A DNA stretch of 64,000 nucleotides, from the NCBI GenBank assembly GCA_963701965.1, contig OY969695.1:3328001-3392000 (forward strand), written 5' to 3'. The position numbers and the translations under genes are program-made. Positions 20,772 to 30,387 of this stretch are shown here, in pieces (position 1 is the stretch's first letter; each line of letters opens with the position of its first letter). The notes beneath the pieces are model-generated. The model was not told the DNA's origin, searched no databases, and worked only from the letters and a program-made list of their open reading frames with translations. The DNA comes from an uncultured Gemmatimonadales bacterium. Lineage in GTDB: Bacteria > Gemmatimonadota > Gemmatimonadetes > Gemmatimonadales > Gemmatimonadaceae.

Positions 20772-23700
20772 TCGACTACATCGTCGGGTGGTGTCTCAAC
20801 CGGCGGGTGCTGGTGATGGTGCTCTTCGTCATGCTCGCCGGCCTCGGGGTGTACTCGTGGTACCAGCTGTCGCTGGAAGCCTACCCGGACATCGCCGACA
20901 CGACCGCGCAGGTCATCACCCAGTATCCGGGGCATGCCGCCGAGGAGATGGAGCAGCAGATCACGACGCCGCTGGAGCGGGAGCTGGCCGGGACGCCCGG
21001 ACTCCAGGTCATGCGCTCCCGCACGACGTTCGCGCTGTCGCTCATCACGCTGGTGTTCCGCGACGGGGTCGACGACTACTGGGCGCGACAGCGCATCAAC
21101 GAGCGGATCCAGGGTATCACGCTACCGCCGGGTGCGACGCCAGGGCTGGATCCGATCAGCTCGCCCGTCGGGGAGATCTATCGATACACGGTCGAATCCA
21201 AGCAACGGACCCCGCGCGAGCTCAAGGACCTGCAGGACTGGGTCGTCTTTCCGCAGCTCAAGCAGGTGTTCGGTGTCGCCAATGTGACGCTCTTCGGCGG
21301 CGAGACGGTCAGCTTCCAGGTCGTCGTCGACCCGGCCAAGCTGGCGCAGTTCGGGCTGGGGCTGCGCAATGTGGAGAACGCGATCACCACGAACAACGCC
21401 AACGCCGGCGGCAGTGTGCTGGTCACGGGCGAGCAAGGGGTGGTGGTCCGCGGCATCGGCCTGATCACGTCGCTCGATGACCTGGCCAACATCGTGGTCA
21501 CGCAAAAAGGCGGCGTCCCAATCTTTTTGCGCGACATCGGCGCCGTGCGGCTCGGCACGCTGCAGCGCGAGGGCATGGTGGGGAAGGACGCGAACCCGGA
21601 CGTGGTCACGGGTATCGTGCTGTTGCTGCGCGGCGTCAACCCGTCGCCCGTGCTGGACTCGGTGCACGCCAAGGTCGCGCGGCTCAACGGCGGCCTGCTC
21701 CCTCCCAATGTCAAGGTCGTGCCGTACATCGATCGCACGAACCTGATCCACACGACGATCCATACGATCTCGCGCACGTTGACCGAGGGGTTGCTGCTGG
21801 TGACGCTGGTGACGCTGCTCTACGTCGGGAGCCTGCGTGGAGCGATCCTGATTGCCCTCACGATCCCGCTCTCGCTCCTGTTCGCGTTCATCTGCATGCA
21901 CCTGACCAATGTGCCCGCGAATTTGCTGTCACTCGGTGCAATAGACTTCGGCATCATCGTCGACGCGTCGATCGTGCTCGTGGAGACGATCCTGCGCCGC
22001 CGCGAGTCGCACCCGGACTCCGAGCTCACCGAGGCGGACGCCCGATCGGCGGCGGTTCAGGTGGCGCGGCCGATCTTCTTCGCCACGCTCATCATCATCA
22101 CCGGCTATTTGCCCCTCTTCGCGTTTCAGCGCGTGGAGCGCAAGCTGTTCACGCCGATGGCGTTCACCATCGGGTACGCGCTGATCGGGGCGCTGGCGAC
22201 GGCGCTCCTTCTCATGCCGGGACTGGCGTACGCGATGTACCGGAAGCCGAGCAAGCCGTATCACAACGCCGCGCTGGCATGGCTGACGGTCCGGTACGAT
22301 GCCCTGCTCCAGCGCGTGCTCAACCGGCCGCGACTCGCCATCATCCCGGGTATCGCGGCAGCGGTGCTGGCGGTCATCGCTGGCGCGACACTGGGCCGCG
22401 ATTTTCTGCCCTGCCTCGATGAGGGCTCGATCTGGCTCCAAGCCCAGCTCCCGCCGGGGATCTCGTTGCAAAAAGGCAGCGAGATGGCGGCCCAGCTGCG
22501 CCAGGTCGTGCGGACGTTCCCCGAAGTCTCCTACGTCGTGACGCAGCTCGGGCGCAACGAGGACGGGACCGACCCGTGGACGCCGTCGCACATCGAAGCC
22601 TCGGTCGGCCTCAAGCCGTACGATACGTGGGGCGGGGACAAGCAGGCGCTGATCCGCCGGATGGACGCACGATTTCAGACGATGCCGGGCTTTCAGGTAG
22701 GCTTCTCGCAGCCCATGATCGACGGTGTGCAGGACATGATCGCCGGGGCCCATAGCCAACTCGTCATTCGGGTATTCGGGGACGATTTCCGGGAGACGCG
22801 CCGGATCGCGGAGTCGGTGCGCGACCTGCTGGCGTCCATTCCCGGAGCGGCCGATCCGGCGATCGATCAGGAGCCGCCGCTGCCCCAGCTGCAGCTGGTC
22901 ATCGACCGCGCGGCGGCCGCGCGGTACGGCATCAACGTCTCCGACATCGCCGATCTCATCCAGACGGCCATCGGCGGCCAGGCGCTGTCGCAGGTCTTTC
23001 TCGGCGAGCGGCGCTATGACGTGACGGTGCGGTTTGCCGACTACGCGCGCAACAGCGCCGAGGCGATCAGCAATCTGCAGCTGGTCACGGCGTCGGGCGC
23101 GCGCATCCCGCTGTCGCAGGTGGCCGACGTGCGCCAGGGGTCGGGCGAGAGCACGATCACGCACGAGAGCGCGCGGCGCCATCTCACGGTCAAGCTCGAC
23201 CTCCGTGGCCGCGATCTCTCGACGTTCATCGTCGACGCCAAACGGGCGATCGAGACGAAGGTTCCGTACGATCACCAGCACTATTCCATCGAGTGGGGCG
23301 GCGAGTTCGAGAATCAGCAGCGGGCACAGGCGCGCTTGGCGGTCATCGTCCCGGCGGCGTTGGCGTTGATCTTCGTCCTGCTGTACGGGCAGTTCGGTGA
23401 CCTGGGATACGCGGGGTTGATTCTGCTCAACGTGCCGCTGGCCCTCTTGGGCGGCGTGCTGGCCCTCCACCTGCGGGGCATGACGCTCAACGTCTCTAGC
23501 GCGGTGGGATTCATCGCGCTGTTCGGCGTGGCCGTCCAAAACGGCGTCATCATGGTCGCCAACCTGAATCGATGGCGGGCCATGATCGGGGTATCGGTGG
23601 TGGACGCGGCGCGGCACGGCGCCGGGGAACGCCTGCGCCCGGTGCTCATGACGGCGAGCGTGGCGACGCTGGGCCTCATGCCGGCCGCGTTGGCCCATGG

Positions 23701-23842
23701 CGTGGGGAGCGACGTGCAGCGGCCGCTGGCGACGGTCATCGTCGGCGGGCTGATTACCGCCACGGCGCTCACCTTGATCGTGCTGCCGGCGCTCTATGTC
23801 GTGCTCGAGGAACGTCGGGCGCGGAAGCAGGCCTTGGTGTGA
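20768..23842 (+). CDS. CusA/CzcA-family heavy-metal efflux RND transporter
   Basis: 1024 aa; EAYPDI, GEIYRY, ANLLSLGAIDFGIIVD, GFIALFGVAVQNG, RLRPVLMTA, QRPLATVIVGGL. Confidence 0.93.
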   Translation: MIDYIVGWCLNRRVLVMVLFVMLAGLGVYSWYQLSLEAYPDIADTTAQVITQYPGHAAEEMEQQITTPLERELAGTPGLQVMRSRTTFALSLITLVFRDGVDDYWARQRINERIQGITLPPGATPGLDPISSPVGEIYRYTVESKQRTPRELKDLQDWVVFPQLKQVFGVANVTLFGGETVSFQVVVDPAKLAQFGLGLRNVENAITTNNANAGGSVLVTGEQGVVVRGIGLITSLDDLANIVVTQKGGVPIFLRDIGAVRLGTLQREGMVGKDANPDVVTGIVLLLRGVNPSPVLDSVHAKVARLNGGLLPPNVKVVPYIDRTNLIHTTIHTISRTLTEGLLLVTLVTLLYVGSLRGAILIALTIPLSLLFAFICMHLTNVPANLLSLGAIDFGIIVDASIVLVETILRRRESHPDSELTEADARSAAVQVARPIFFATLIIITGYLPLFAFQRVERKLFTPMAFTIGYALIGALATALLLMPGLAYAMYRKPSKPYHNAALAWLTVRYDALLQRVLNRPRLAIIPGIAAAVLAVIAGATLGRDFLPCLDEGSIWLQAQLPPGISLQKGSEMAAQLRQVVRTFPEVSYVVTQLGRNEDGTDPWTPSHIEASVGLKPYDTWGGDKQALIRRMDARFQTMPGFQVGFSQPMIDGVQDMIAGAHSQLVIRVFGDDFRETRRIAESVRDLLASIPGAADPAIDQEPPLPQLQLVIDRAAAARYGINVSDIADLIQTAIGGQALSQVFLGERRYDVTVRFADYARNSAEAISNLQLVTASGARIPLSQVADVRQGSGESTITHESARRHLTVKLDLRGRDLSTFIVDAKRAIETKVPYDHQHYSIEWGGEFENQQRAQARLAVIVPAALALIFVLLYGQFGDLGYAGLILLNVPLALLGGVLALHLRGMTLNVSSAVGFIALFGVAVQNGVIMVANLNRWRAMIGVSVVDAARHGAGERLRPVLMTASVATLGLMPAALAHGVGSDVQRPLATVIVGGLITATALTLIVLPALYVVLEERRARKQALV

Positions 23843-25272
23843 GCCCTGCGGTGAGGCGGTGCGTACTCCTCCTCGGCTTCGGCGCCAGCCACGCGGTGGG
23901 CGCCCAGCCGGCCATCCCCATCCCCGAGACGCCGCTGCCGCCGATCGCGGTGCTCGACCGCGAGCCGGTGACGCGACTGACACTCACCGAGTACGTCGCG
24001 CAGGTGGGCCAACTCAATCTGGACTATGCGGCGCAGGCGTTCGCGGTGCCCATCGCCCAAGCCCAAGTCTCCGTCGCGCACCTCTTCCCGAATCCCACGC
24101 TGTCCTGGGGCGGGGGCTTCGATGTCTCCGGGCAGCATCAGGCGACGTCGTACGACATCTCGCTGGCCCAGACGATCTTGCTGGGCGGCAAGCGGGGCGC
24201 GCGGACGGACGTGGCGCGGGGACAGCTGGCCGCGGCCCAAGCGCAGCTCGACGATTTTCTGCGGACGCTGCGGGGCACCGCGGCCACTGCCTACGCCGAC
24301 GCGGTGCATGCCGAGCAGGTGTATGCGCGCAAACGGCAGACGGCGGGGGATCTCGACCGGCTGGTGGCGGTGAACGAGCGGCGAATGCGGGCCGGAGACA
24401 TCGGCGAGATCGACGTGGTGCAGTCGCGGGTGGGGGCCGCGCAGTTTCGCGGCGAGTTGGTGGCGGCGACGAATGACGTGCGCACGACGCGGCTCGCCAT
24501 GACGGCGCTCTTGACGCCCCGGCAGGTCGACACGCTCATCGCGCCCGGCGCGCCGGTCGAGTTGGTGTCCTTGCCGCCCATCCCCCGGGACGCGCCGCTC
24601 ACGCCGGCGCTCGTGCAGCCGGCGCCGGCCGGCGAGATGGCGGGCGGGCGAGCCGTGCCTCCCGGACTCGACGTCGATAGCCTGGTGCGGGCGGCGGTCG
24701 ACTCCCGGCCGGACGTCGTCGCGGCGCGCCGGTTGCACGACGCGGCGGCGGCAGGCATCCGCGTCGCCAAAGGCGACCGGTGGTCGGACATCGATCTCTC
24801 CGTCGGGACGTCGTATTTCACCAAGGGGACGAACGCGCTGGATCCGACGCCGCAGTTCTCATCGATCAACGTCGGCCTCTCGGTCCCACTCCCCTTTTCC
24901 AACTTCACGCACGGGGAGCTCTCGGCGGCGCGCTACACCGAGAAGCAGGCGGCCAAGACGCTGCAATCGACGGAGTGGAAGGCGGTCATCGACGTGCATC
25001 AGGCCTGGACCAGCTACCAGGCATCGGTCATCCAGATCGCCCAGTACACCGGCGGCGTCCTGGTGGACGCCGAGCGCGTGCGTCGCGCCAAGCTGTACTC
25101 CTACGAACACGGCTCGGCCTCGCTGCTGGACGTCTTGAGCGCCGAGCAAACGACCAACGACGTCTACCTGGCGTCATACGACGCGCAGCAACAATATGCC
25201 CACGCGCTCATCGGTCTGGGTCAGGCGACGGGCCAGTGGGCGTTCGTGTACGCCGGCCTGGAGTCGCGCTAG
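23839..25272 (+). CDS. TolC/CzcC-family outer-membrane efflux protein
   Basis: FPNPTL, LGGKRGAR, SRPDV, YEHGSASLLDVLSA; third gene of the RND operon. Confidence 0.88.
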   Translation: MSPAVRRCVLLLGFGASHAVGAQPAIPIPETPLPPIAVLDREPVTRLTLTEYVAQVGQLNLDYAAQAFAVPIAQAQVSVAHLFPNPTLSWGGGFDVSGQHQATSYDISLAQTILLGGKRGARTDVARGQLAAAQAQLDDFLRTLRGTAATAYADAVHAEQVYARKRQTAGDLDRLVAVNERRMRAGDIGEIDVVQSRVGAAQFRGELVAATNDVRTTRLAMTALLTPRQVDTLIAPGAPVELVSLPPIPRDAPLTPALVQPAPAGEMAGGRAVPPGLDVDSLVRAAVDSRPDVVAARRLHDAAAAGIRVAKGDRWSDIDLSVGTSYFTKGTNALDPTPQFSSINVGLSVPLPFSNFTHGELSAARYTEKQAAKTLQSTEWKAVIDVHQAWTSYQASVIQIAQYTGGVLVDAERVRRAKLYSYEHGSASLLDVLSAEQTTNDVYLASYDAQQQYAHALIGLGQATGQWAFVYAGLESR

Positions 25273-25279
25273 TCGCCCC

Positions 25280-25507
25280 TTAGAGCAGTGGCGGCGCGTG
25301 CAATGTGGCGTAGTGCTTCTCCGCCTCTTCGGCGTGCTGGGCCGCGAACGTGTGGTGCGCATGCGCGACGTACGCGTGGTATCCGGCCCTCTCGTGGTTG
25401 CCGGCGTCGTGGTGCTTCGCGGCCTCGAGATGATGCCGGGCCGCCTGTTGATAATGCTCGGCGGCCTCGCGGTGGTGCGTGGATCCGGAATGCGGTGACA
25501 TGGACAT
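25280..25507 (-). CDS. Small His-rich helical protein
   Basis: 16 His in 75 aa (HHREAAEHYQQAARHHLEAAKHH...); TATAGT upstream at 25536-25531. Confidence 0.8.
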   Translation of the reverse strand: MSMSPHSGSTHHREAAEHYQQAARHHLEAAKHHDAGNHERAGYHAYVAHAHHTFAAQHAEEAEKHYATLHAPPLL

Positions 25508-25572
25508 TTCCCCGGGCGACGGTCGCGCCCACTATAGCGCGCCGTCGCCTGGTTCCGCCAGTCACGGCGCGC

Positions 25573-27710
25573 TTACTGCCGGGCCATGACCATCCGGATC
25601 AAATCCTTGGGGTCGACCAGGTGATCCTGCGTGTCGGCCCCCGCGTGCAGCTCCACCCAGTCGATCGTGCCGTTGAACACGCCGTTCGGCGTGCTCGCCT
25701 CGTCGGGTGTCACCGGCGTGCCAGTGAAACGTCCCACGTCCGTCGTTTCATCCAGCGAGTAGGCATTCGGAATCGTGCGGTCGACGCGCCCGCGCCCGAC
25801 TTCCTTGCCGTCGACCAGGACCACGGCGGTCCCCCCTTTGCCGACGCCACCGCCATCGTACGTGAATTCCATCCGAATCTGGTGCTTGCCCGCCGGCACC
25901 ACCGACTTCCCCTCCACCACGTAGCGTTGCGCGCCGAGGAAGTTGTAGCAGTACATCGGCCGCCCGTCTTTCATGTAGATCGACCAGCCGCCGAACTTGC
26001 CCCCTTGCTCGACAATGTTGCCCTGGCCGGGCGCACCGTCGGGTAGCGCCACTTGCGCCGTGATCGTGTGCGATTTGTTCTTGAGGACGAGGACCGAGTT
26101 TTCCTGCAGGCGCTTCATGCCCGCCGCCAGGATCTGCGTGTCGCCCCGGATCAACTCCGGCCGCCCCGCCAGGTCCGCGTTGAACCGTTCGATCCGCCGA
26201 TCGTCGAGCGGGAGACAGTAGTACTTCGCGGCCTCGATCAAGAACAAGCGTTGCAACTCGGCGAGGCGACCGGGTTCCTGTGTGGCCAGGTCGCGAGCCT
26301 GCGACCAGTCCTTGGTCGTGTCGTACAGCTCCCAACGGTCTTCGTCGAATGGCGTCGCGGAACTCTCGGAGACCCAGGGCGGCGCGTGTATGGTGCTGGC
26401 GATCCACCCCTGATGATAGATCCCCCGATTGCCGCCGATTTCGAAATACTGGGTTTCGTGTCGTTCGGCGGCATTGGCATCGTCGAAGCTGTAGGCCATG
26501 CTCACGCCATGAAACGGCGTCTGTTGCACTCCATTCACCGCCGTCGGCTGCGGGAGTCTGGCGGCTTCCATGATCGTCGGCGCGACGTCGATCACGTGGG
26601 TGAACTGCGTCCGCATCTGGCCCTTGGCCTTGATGCCGAGCGGCCAGTGCACGATGCAGCCGTTCCGCGTGCCGCCGAGGTGCGACGCGACCTGTTTGGT
26701 CCATTGATAGGGTGTGTCCAACGCATGCGCCCATCCGACCGCATAGTGATTGAACGAGTCGACGCCGCCCAGCTTGTCGAGGTTGGCGATCATGACCTCT
26801 GGCGCATCCAGATCCTGGGCGCCGTTGAACATGTACCCTTCGTTGAGCGTCCCATGGAGCCCGCCCTCGGCCGACGCGCCGTTGTCGCCGATGATCAGGT
26901 AGACCAGGGTGTCGCGCAGGATCTCGATCTTCTCTAGATCATCCAGCAGTCGACCGATATGATGATCGGCGAATTCCAAAAATCCGGCGTAGACCTCCAT
27001 CTGCCGCGCCAATGCTGGTTTGAGCTTGGCATCGATCGTGTCCCAGGCCGGGATGTCCCCGTGGCGCGGGGTGAGGACGGCGTCCTTGGGGATCGTGCCC
27101 AGTTGCTTTTCCCGGGCAAAGATTTTCTCGCGCAGCTTGTCCCAGCCGTCGTCGAACTGCCCTTTGTACTTGTCGGCCCATTCTTTCGGGACGTGGTGCG
27201 GCCCGTGGGCCAGCGGTCGAACGGTCCGACCGGGCTTGTCTCCCACGTTGGCGTCTCGTGCGCTTTGCCGAACTGCGCGGTGCTGTAGCCGTTGAGTTTG
27301 AGCATCTCGGCGAGCGGCGCACAGTAGTTCGGCCGGATGCCCGAGTAGCCAGGAGCCGACGTGGCGATCTCGGTGATGCCGCCCATGCCCACATAGTGGT
27401 GATTGCGTCCTGTGAGCAGCGCGGCCCGCGTGGGGGAGCACAGCGCCGTGGTGTGAAAGCGCGTGTACCGTAACCCATCGGCGGCGAGCCGCTCGGCGTT
27501 CGGTGTGTTGATCACGCCCCCGAACGCGCTCGATGAGCCGAACCCCGCGTCATCGATCAGAATGACCAGCACGTTGGGCGCGCCTTTCGGTGGGCGCAGC
27601 GGTTCGATCGGCGGATACTTGGCCGCCGGGTCGGCGGCGGAGAATGGTCGCACGCCTTGGTACGGCTGATCGGGAATCGGGAGTGTCTCGCGCTGCACGG
27701 TCTTGTTCAT
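25573..27710 (-). pseudogene. Arylsulfatase (FGly-dependent, Cys-type) with an internal frameshifting deletion near 27205
   Basis: N-part: LIDDAG, CSPTRAALLTGR, FGKAH...FDRWPTG. C-part in another frame: PHHVPKEW, GDNG, HVIDVAPT, LamG-like C-terminus. The usual GF-x-YFYGF...PFF-x-Y segment is absent. Confidence 0.85.
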
Positions 27711-28930
27711 CGCGTCTCCGGCTTGTTCCAGGTATGGGAGAACGAACGCCACCGCGTCCGACGCGGGCTATGCGACTTAGGTCGAAGGGCGAGCGCGGCG
27801 AACGGAAACAGGAACACGGATATCATTCCCGCGCCCACCAACGCCGCCGCGTTGTCCGTGCGCATCCGACCGGTGGCGACGCCGATCTCGGCGATGGCCA
27901 CGATCAGCGGGAGGCCGGTAGCCGAAAACAGCGCCAGCGGCGCGAGGTCCGCGCGCGGGAGGTCGCCGCGGTAGAGCACGACCGGCGATCCGCGCACCAG
28001 GAGCATGAGCGCGAGAAACACCGGCAATCGGAGCAGGCTGCTGGCCGATGCGATCAGGGCGTGCAGATCGAAGTGGACTCCGCTCGTGATGAAGAAGATC
28101 GGTACCAGAAATCCAAACCCGATCCCGTCCAGCTTCTCGCGGAGGGGCGCCCCCGGGTGATCCCTCGCGGCGAGCGACACCACCATGCCGGCCGCGAACG
28201 CGCCAAGAATGAGATCGAGGCCGAACCGCTGCGCCAGATCCACGAGCGCGACCAGGAGCAGGAGGGAGACGCGAACCGGGAGTTGGTTCGAGGCGTGCAT
28301 GCCGCGCCCAAAGAGGCGGACCGCCGTCGCCGGGCGATACCGCACCGCGACGATCGCGGCCGCGAGCGCGACGGCGGCAAACGTGAGCAAGAAAGCCACG
28401 TGTGCCGCGCGCCCCGTGCGGCCCGTGAACACCAATGCCATGAGCACGATCGGACCGAACTCGCCCATGGCGGCCGCCGCCAGCGCCATCGAGCCGAAGC
28501 GTCCCTCGATCTCGCCGGAGTCCCGCAAGATCGGGATCAGAATGCCCAGCAATGTCGTGCACAGTGCGATCGTCACCAGGACCGTGGCGCGGAGGAATCC
28601 CGACAGGTGCAACAGCACCGCGATCACGGCCGACAGGCCAAGCGAGATCAACCAGCCCTTGGCGGCGAGCTGTAGGGGCCGGCCGCGGACGCGCGTGAAG
28701 TCGACCTCCAGTCCGGCGAGAAAGAACAGAAAAGCGAGGCCCAGCACGCCAAGGAACCCCAGAGCGCCCCCGGCCGCCGTGAGCTTGAGCACTTGTGGCC
28801 CGATCACGATGCCGAATGCGATCTCGAGGACAACGGCGGGCAGACGCCGCCGCAGCGGCAAATCGGCGATCAAGGGCGCCAGCACCGCGACCGCGGACAC
28901 GACGAGCAGCGCGACCAGATCGACTTCCAT
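27707..28930 (-). CDS. Cation:proton antiporter (CPA2, Na+/H+ exchanger family)
   Basis: LPAVVLEIAFGIVIGP, FLAGLEVD, ILGAFAAG, GFGFLVPIFFITSG; about 12 TM helices. Confidence 0.9.
   Translation of the reverse strand: MEVDLVALLVVSAVAVLAPLIADLPLRRRLPAVVLEIAFGIVIGPQVLKLTAAGGALGFLGVLGLAFLFFLAGLEVDFTRVRGRPLQLAAKGWLISLGLSAVIAVLLHLSGFLRATVLVTIALCTTLLGILIPILRDSGEIEGRFGSMALAAAAMGEFGPIVLMALVFTGRTGRAAHVAFLLTFAAVALAAAIVAVRYRPATAVRLFGRGMHASNQLPVRVSLLLLVALVDLAQRFGLDLILGAFAAGMVVSLAARDHPGAPLREKLDGIGFGFLVPIFFITSGVHFDLHALIASASSLLRLPVFLALMLLVRGSPVVLYRGDLPRADLAPLALFSATGLPLIVAIAEIGVATGRMRTDNAAALVGAGMISVFLFPFAALALRPKSHSPRRTRWRSFSHTWNKPETR
27774..27783 (-). promoter_or_regulatory. GACCWAGGTC-type box upstream of the sulfatase
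   Basis: GACCTAAGTC on the minus strand about 64 bp before ATG 27710; no clear -10 at 26 bp; lies in the antiporter 3' tail. Confidence 0.4.
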
Positions 28931-28970
28931 CGGGATCAAGCGTGGCGACCCAAGACGAAGCGGACAATAC

Positions 28971-28998
28971 TACCTAGGTCCCAGATCCGACCAAGGTC
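28971..28998. promoter_or_regulatory. Two GACCWAGGTC-type boxes in a divergent promoter
   Basis: TACCTAGGTC 28971-80 (minus: 26 bp to CACGCT) and GACCAAGGTC 28989-98. Confidence 0.7.
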
Positions 28999-29051
28999 TA
29001 ATGGGCTCACCCGCGCGCTCCCGCCGAGTGTACATCAGGCAGGGAGGACCC

Positions 29052-29612
29052 ATGCATCGCATTGTGATCGCGCTGATGACACTCAGCGCTTCGGCGGTGG
29101 CCGCGCAACAACCGCCAGCCGGCCAACCGCAGACGAGCCCGGGACAAGTCGCACCGACGACGCCGGCGACGAGCCAACCGGCGAACCAGCTCTCGTCGAG
29201 CCTCGGGGTATACGCGTTCCCGGGGAAGGGCCAGACCGCTCAACAGCAACAGCAGGACGAGTACGACTGCTACGGGTGGGCCAAGCAGCAGACCGGGATC
29301 GATCCCAATGTGCCGGCTCAGCCGCCGGCGCAACCGGCCGCGAACCAACCCTCGGGCGCCGCGGTCGGAGGAGCAGCGAAAGGCGCGGCCGCGGGTGCGC
29401 TGATCGGTGTCGCAGCCGGCAATGCGGGCACGGGTGCGGCGGTCGGAGCGGCAGCCGGTGGAGTCGGTGGGGTCAGGAAGAAGAAGAAGACCGAGGCCGC
29501 GCAGCAGCAAAAGGCTCAGGAGACGGCGAAGCAAACCGCCGACTCGACCAAAGCGACGTTCGGGCGCGCCTTCAGTGCCTGTATGGAGCCCAAGGGCTAT
29601 ACGATGAAGTAG
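29052..29612 (+). CDS. Secreted glycine-zipper protein
   Basis: GGAGG RBS; signal peptide; FPGKGQTAQQQQQDEYDCYGWA; GAAKGAAAGALIG zipper; FSACMEPKGY. Confidence 0.85.
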   Translation: MHRIVIALMTLSASAVAAQQPPAGQPQTSPGQVAPTTPATSQPANQLSSSLGVYAFPGKGQTAQQQQQDEYDCYGWAKQQTGIDPNVPAQPPAQPAANQPSGAAVGGAAKGAAAGALIGVAAGNAGTGAAVGAAAGGVGGVRKKKKTEAAQQQKAQETAKQTADSTKATFGRAFSACMEPKGYTMK

Positions 29613-29631
29613 TCGAAGTAGTCGACATGTA

Positions 29632-29673
29632 GTCCAAAGTCGACTAGGCGGCGGCGCGCGCGGCGGATAGCCT
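29632..29673 (+). promoter_or_regulatory. Box plus -10 promoter for the DUF1622 operon
   Basis: GTCCAAAGTC-N26-TAGCCT-N7-GTG. Confidence 0.65.
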
Positions 29674-29680
29674 GTCGCGC

Positions 29681-30022
29681 GTGGCGCACGATACGTTCGA
29701 GCAGGTCGTTGACTGGATCGGCCTCGGCGTCGACGCGGGTGCCGCGTTGTTGATCGCGATCGGCGCCATCGAGGCGTTCGTGCGCTCGATCCACGCACTG
29801 ATCACGGGGAAAGAAACGGCGGGCGAGCGGAAGGCCGCCTGGCTGCGCTTCTCGGTCTGGCTCCTCCTGGCGCTCGAGTTCGAGCTGGCGGCCGACATCA
29901 TCAAGAGTGCCATCGCGCCCACATGGACCTCGGTCGGGCAGCTCGCCGCGATCGCCGTCATCCGCACGTTTCTGAATTATTTTCTCGAACACGACATCGA
30001 ACGTGCGGAGCACTTGGCATGA
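29681..30022 (+). CDS. DUF1622 membrane protein
   Basis: LLLALEFELAADII.SAIAPTW...GQLAAIAVIRTFLNYFL..DIE. Confidence 0.9.
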   Translation: MAHDTFEQVVDWIGLGVDAGAALLIAIGAIEAFVRSIHALITGKETAGERKAAWLRFSVWLLLALEFELAADIIKSAIAPTWTSVGQLAAIAVIRTFLNYFLEHDIERAEHLA

Positions 30023-30387
30023 ACCAGAATTCGCTGTCGGACCACCTGGCCAACGAACGGACCTACCTGGCGTACGTCCGGACGACCATCGCCCTCATCA
30101 GCTTCGGCATCACCATCAACCGATTCAGTCTGTACCTGATCCAGCTCAAGGAATTGGACCCGACCCCAATGGGCCGCCGGCTATTCCTCGCGGACACGGA
30201 GCAGTTGGGGTTCACGATGGTGATCGCCGGGATTGTGCTCATCATCTGGTCCGCCATCCGCTATACCGTCGTGAGCAACCAGATCGAACGCGGCGAGTTC
30301 GTCCCGAACCGGACCATGATCTGGCTCATGACCGTGGGGATCCTGGCCCTCGGCGCGCTCAGCGTCATATGGTTGTTTCAACGGTAG
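30019..30387 (+). CDS. DUF202/YidH-family membrane protein
   Basis: DHLANERTYLAYVRT..ALISFG; 3 TM helices. Confidence 0.9.
   Translation: MNQNSLSDHLANERTYLAYVRTTIALISFGITINRFSLYLIQLKELDPTPMGRRLFLADTEQLGFTMVIAGIVLIIWSAIRYTVVSNQIERGEFVPNRTMIWLMTVGILALGALSVIWLFQR

Noticed and set aside
21929..23983. Long antisense or alternate-frame ORFs (also 32135..34036, 46621..48237, 50479..52788, 54510..55988)
   Set aside because: Arg/Pro/Ala-rich, no family motifs, and overlapping clear genes; expected in high-GC DNA.
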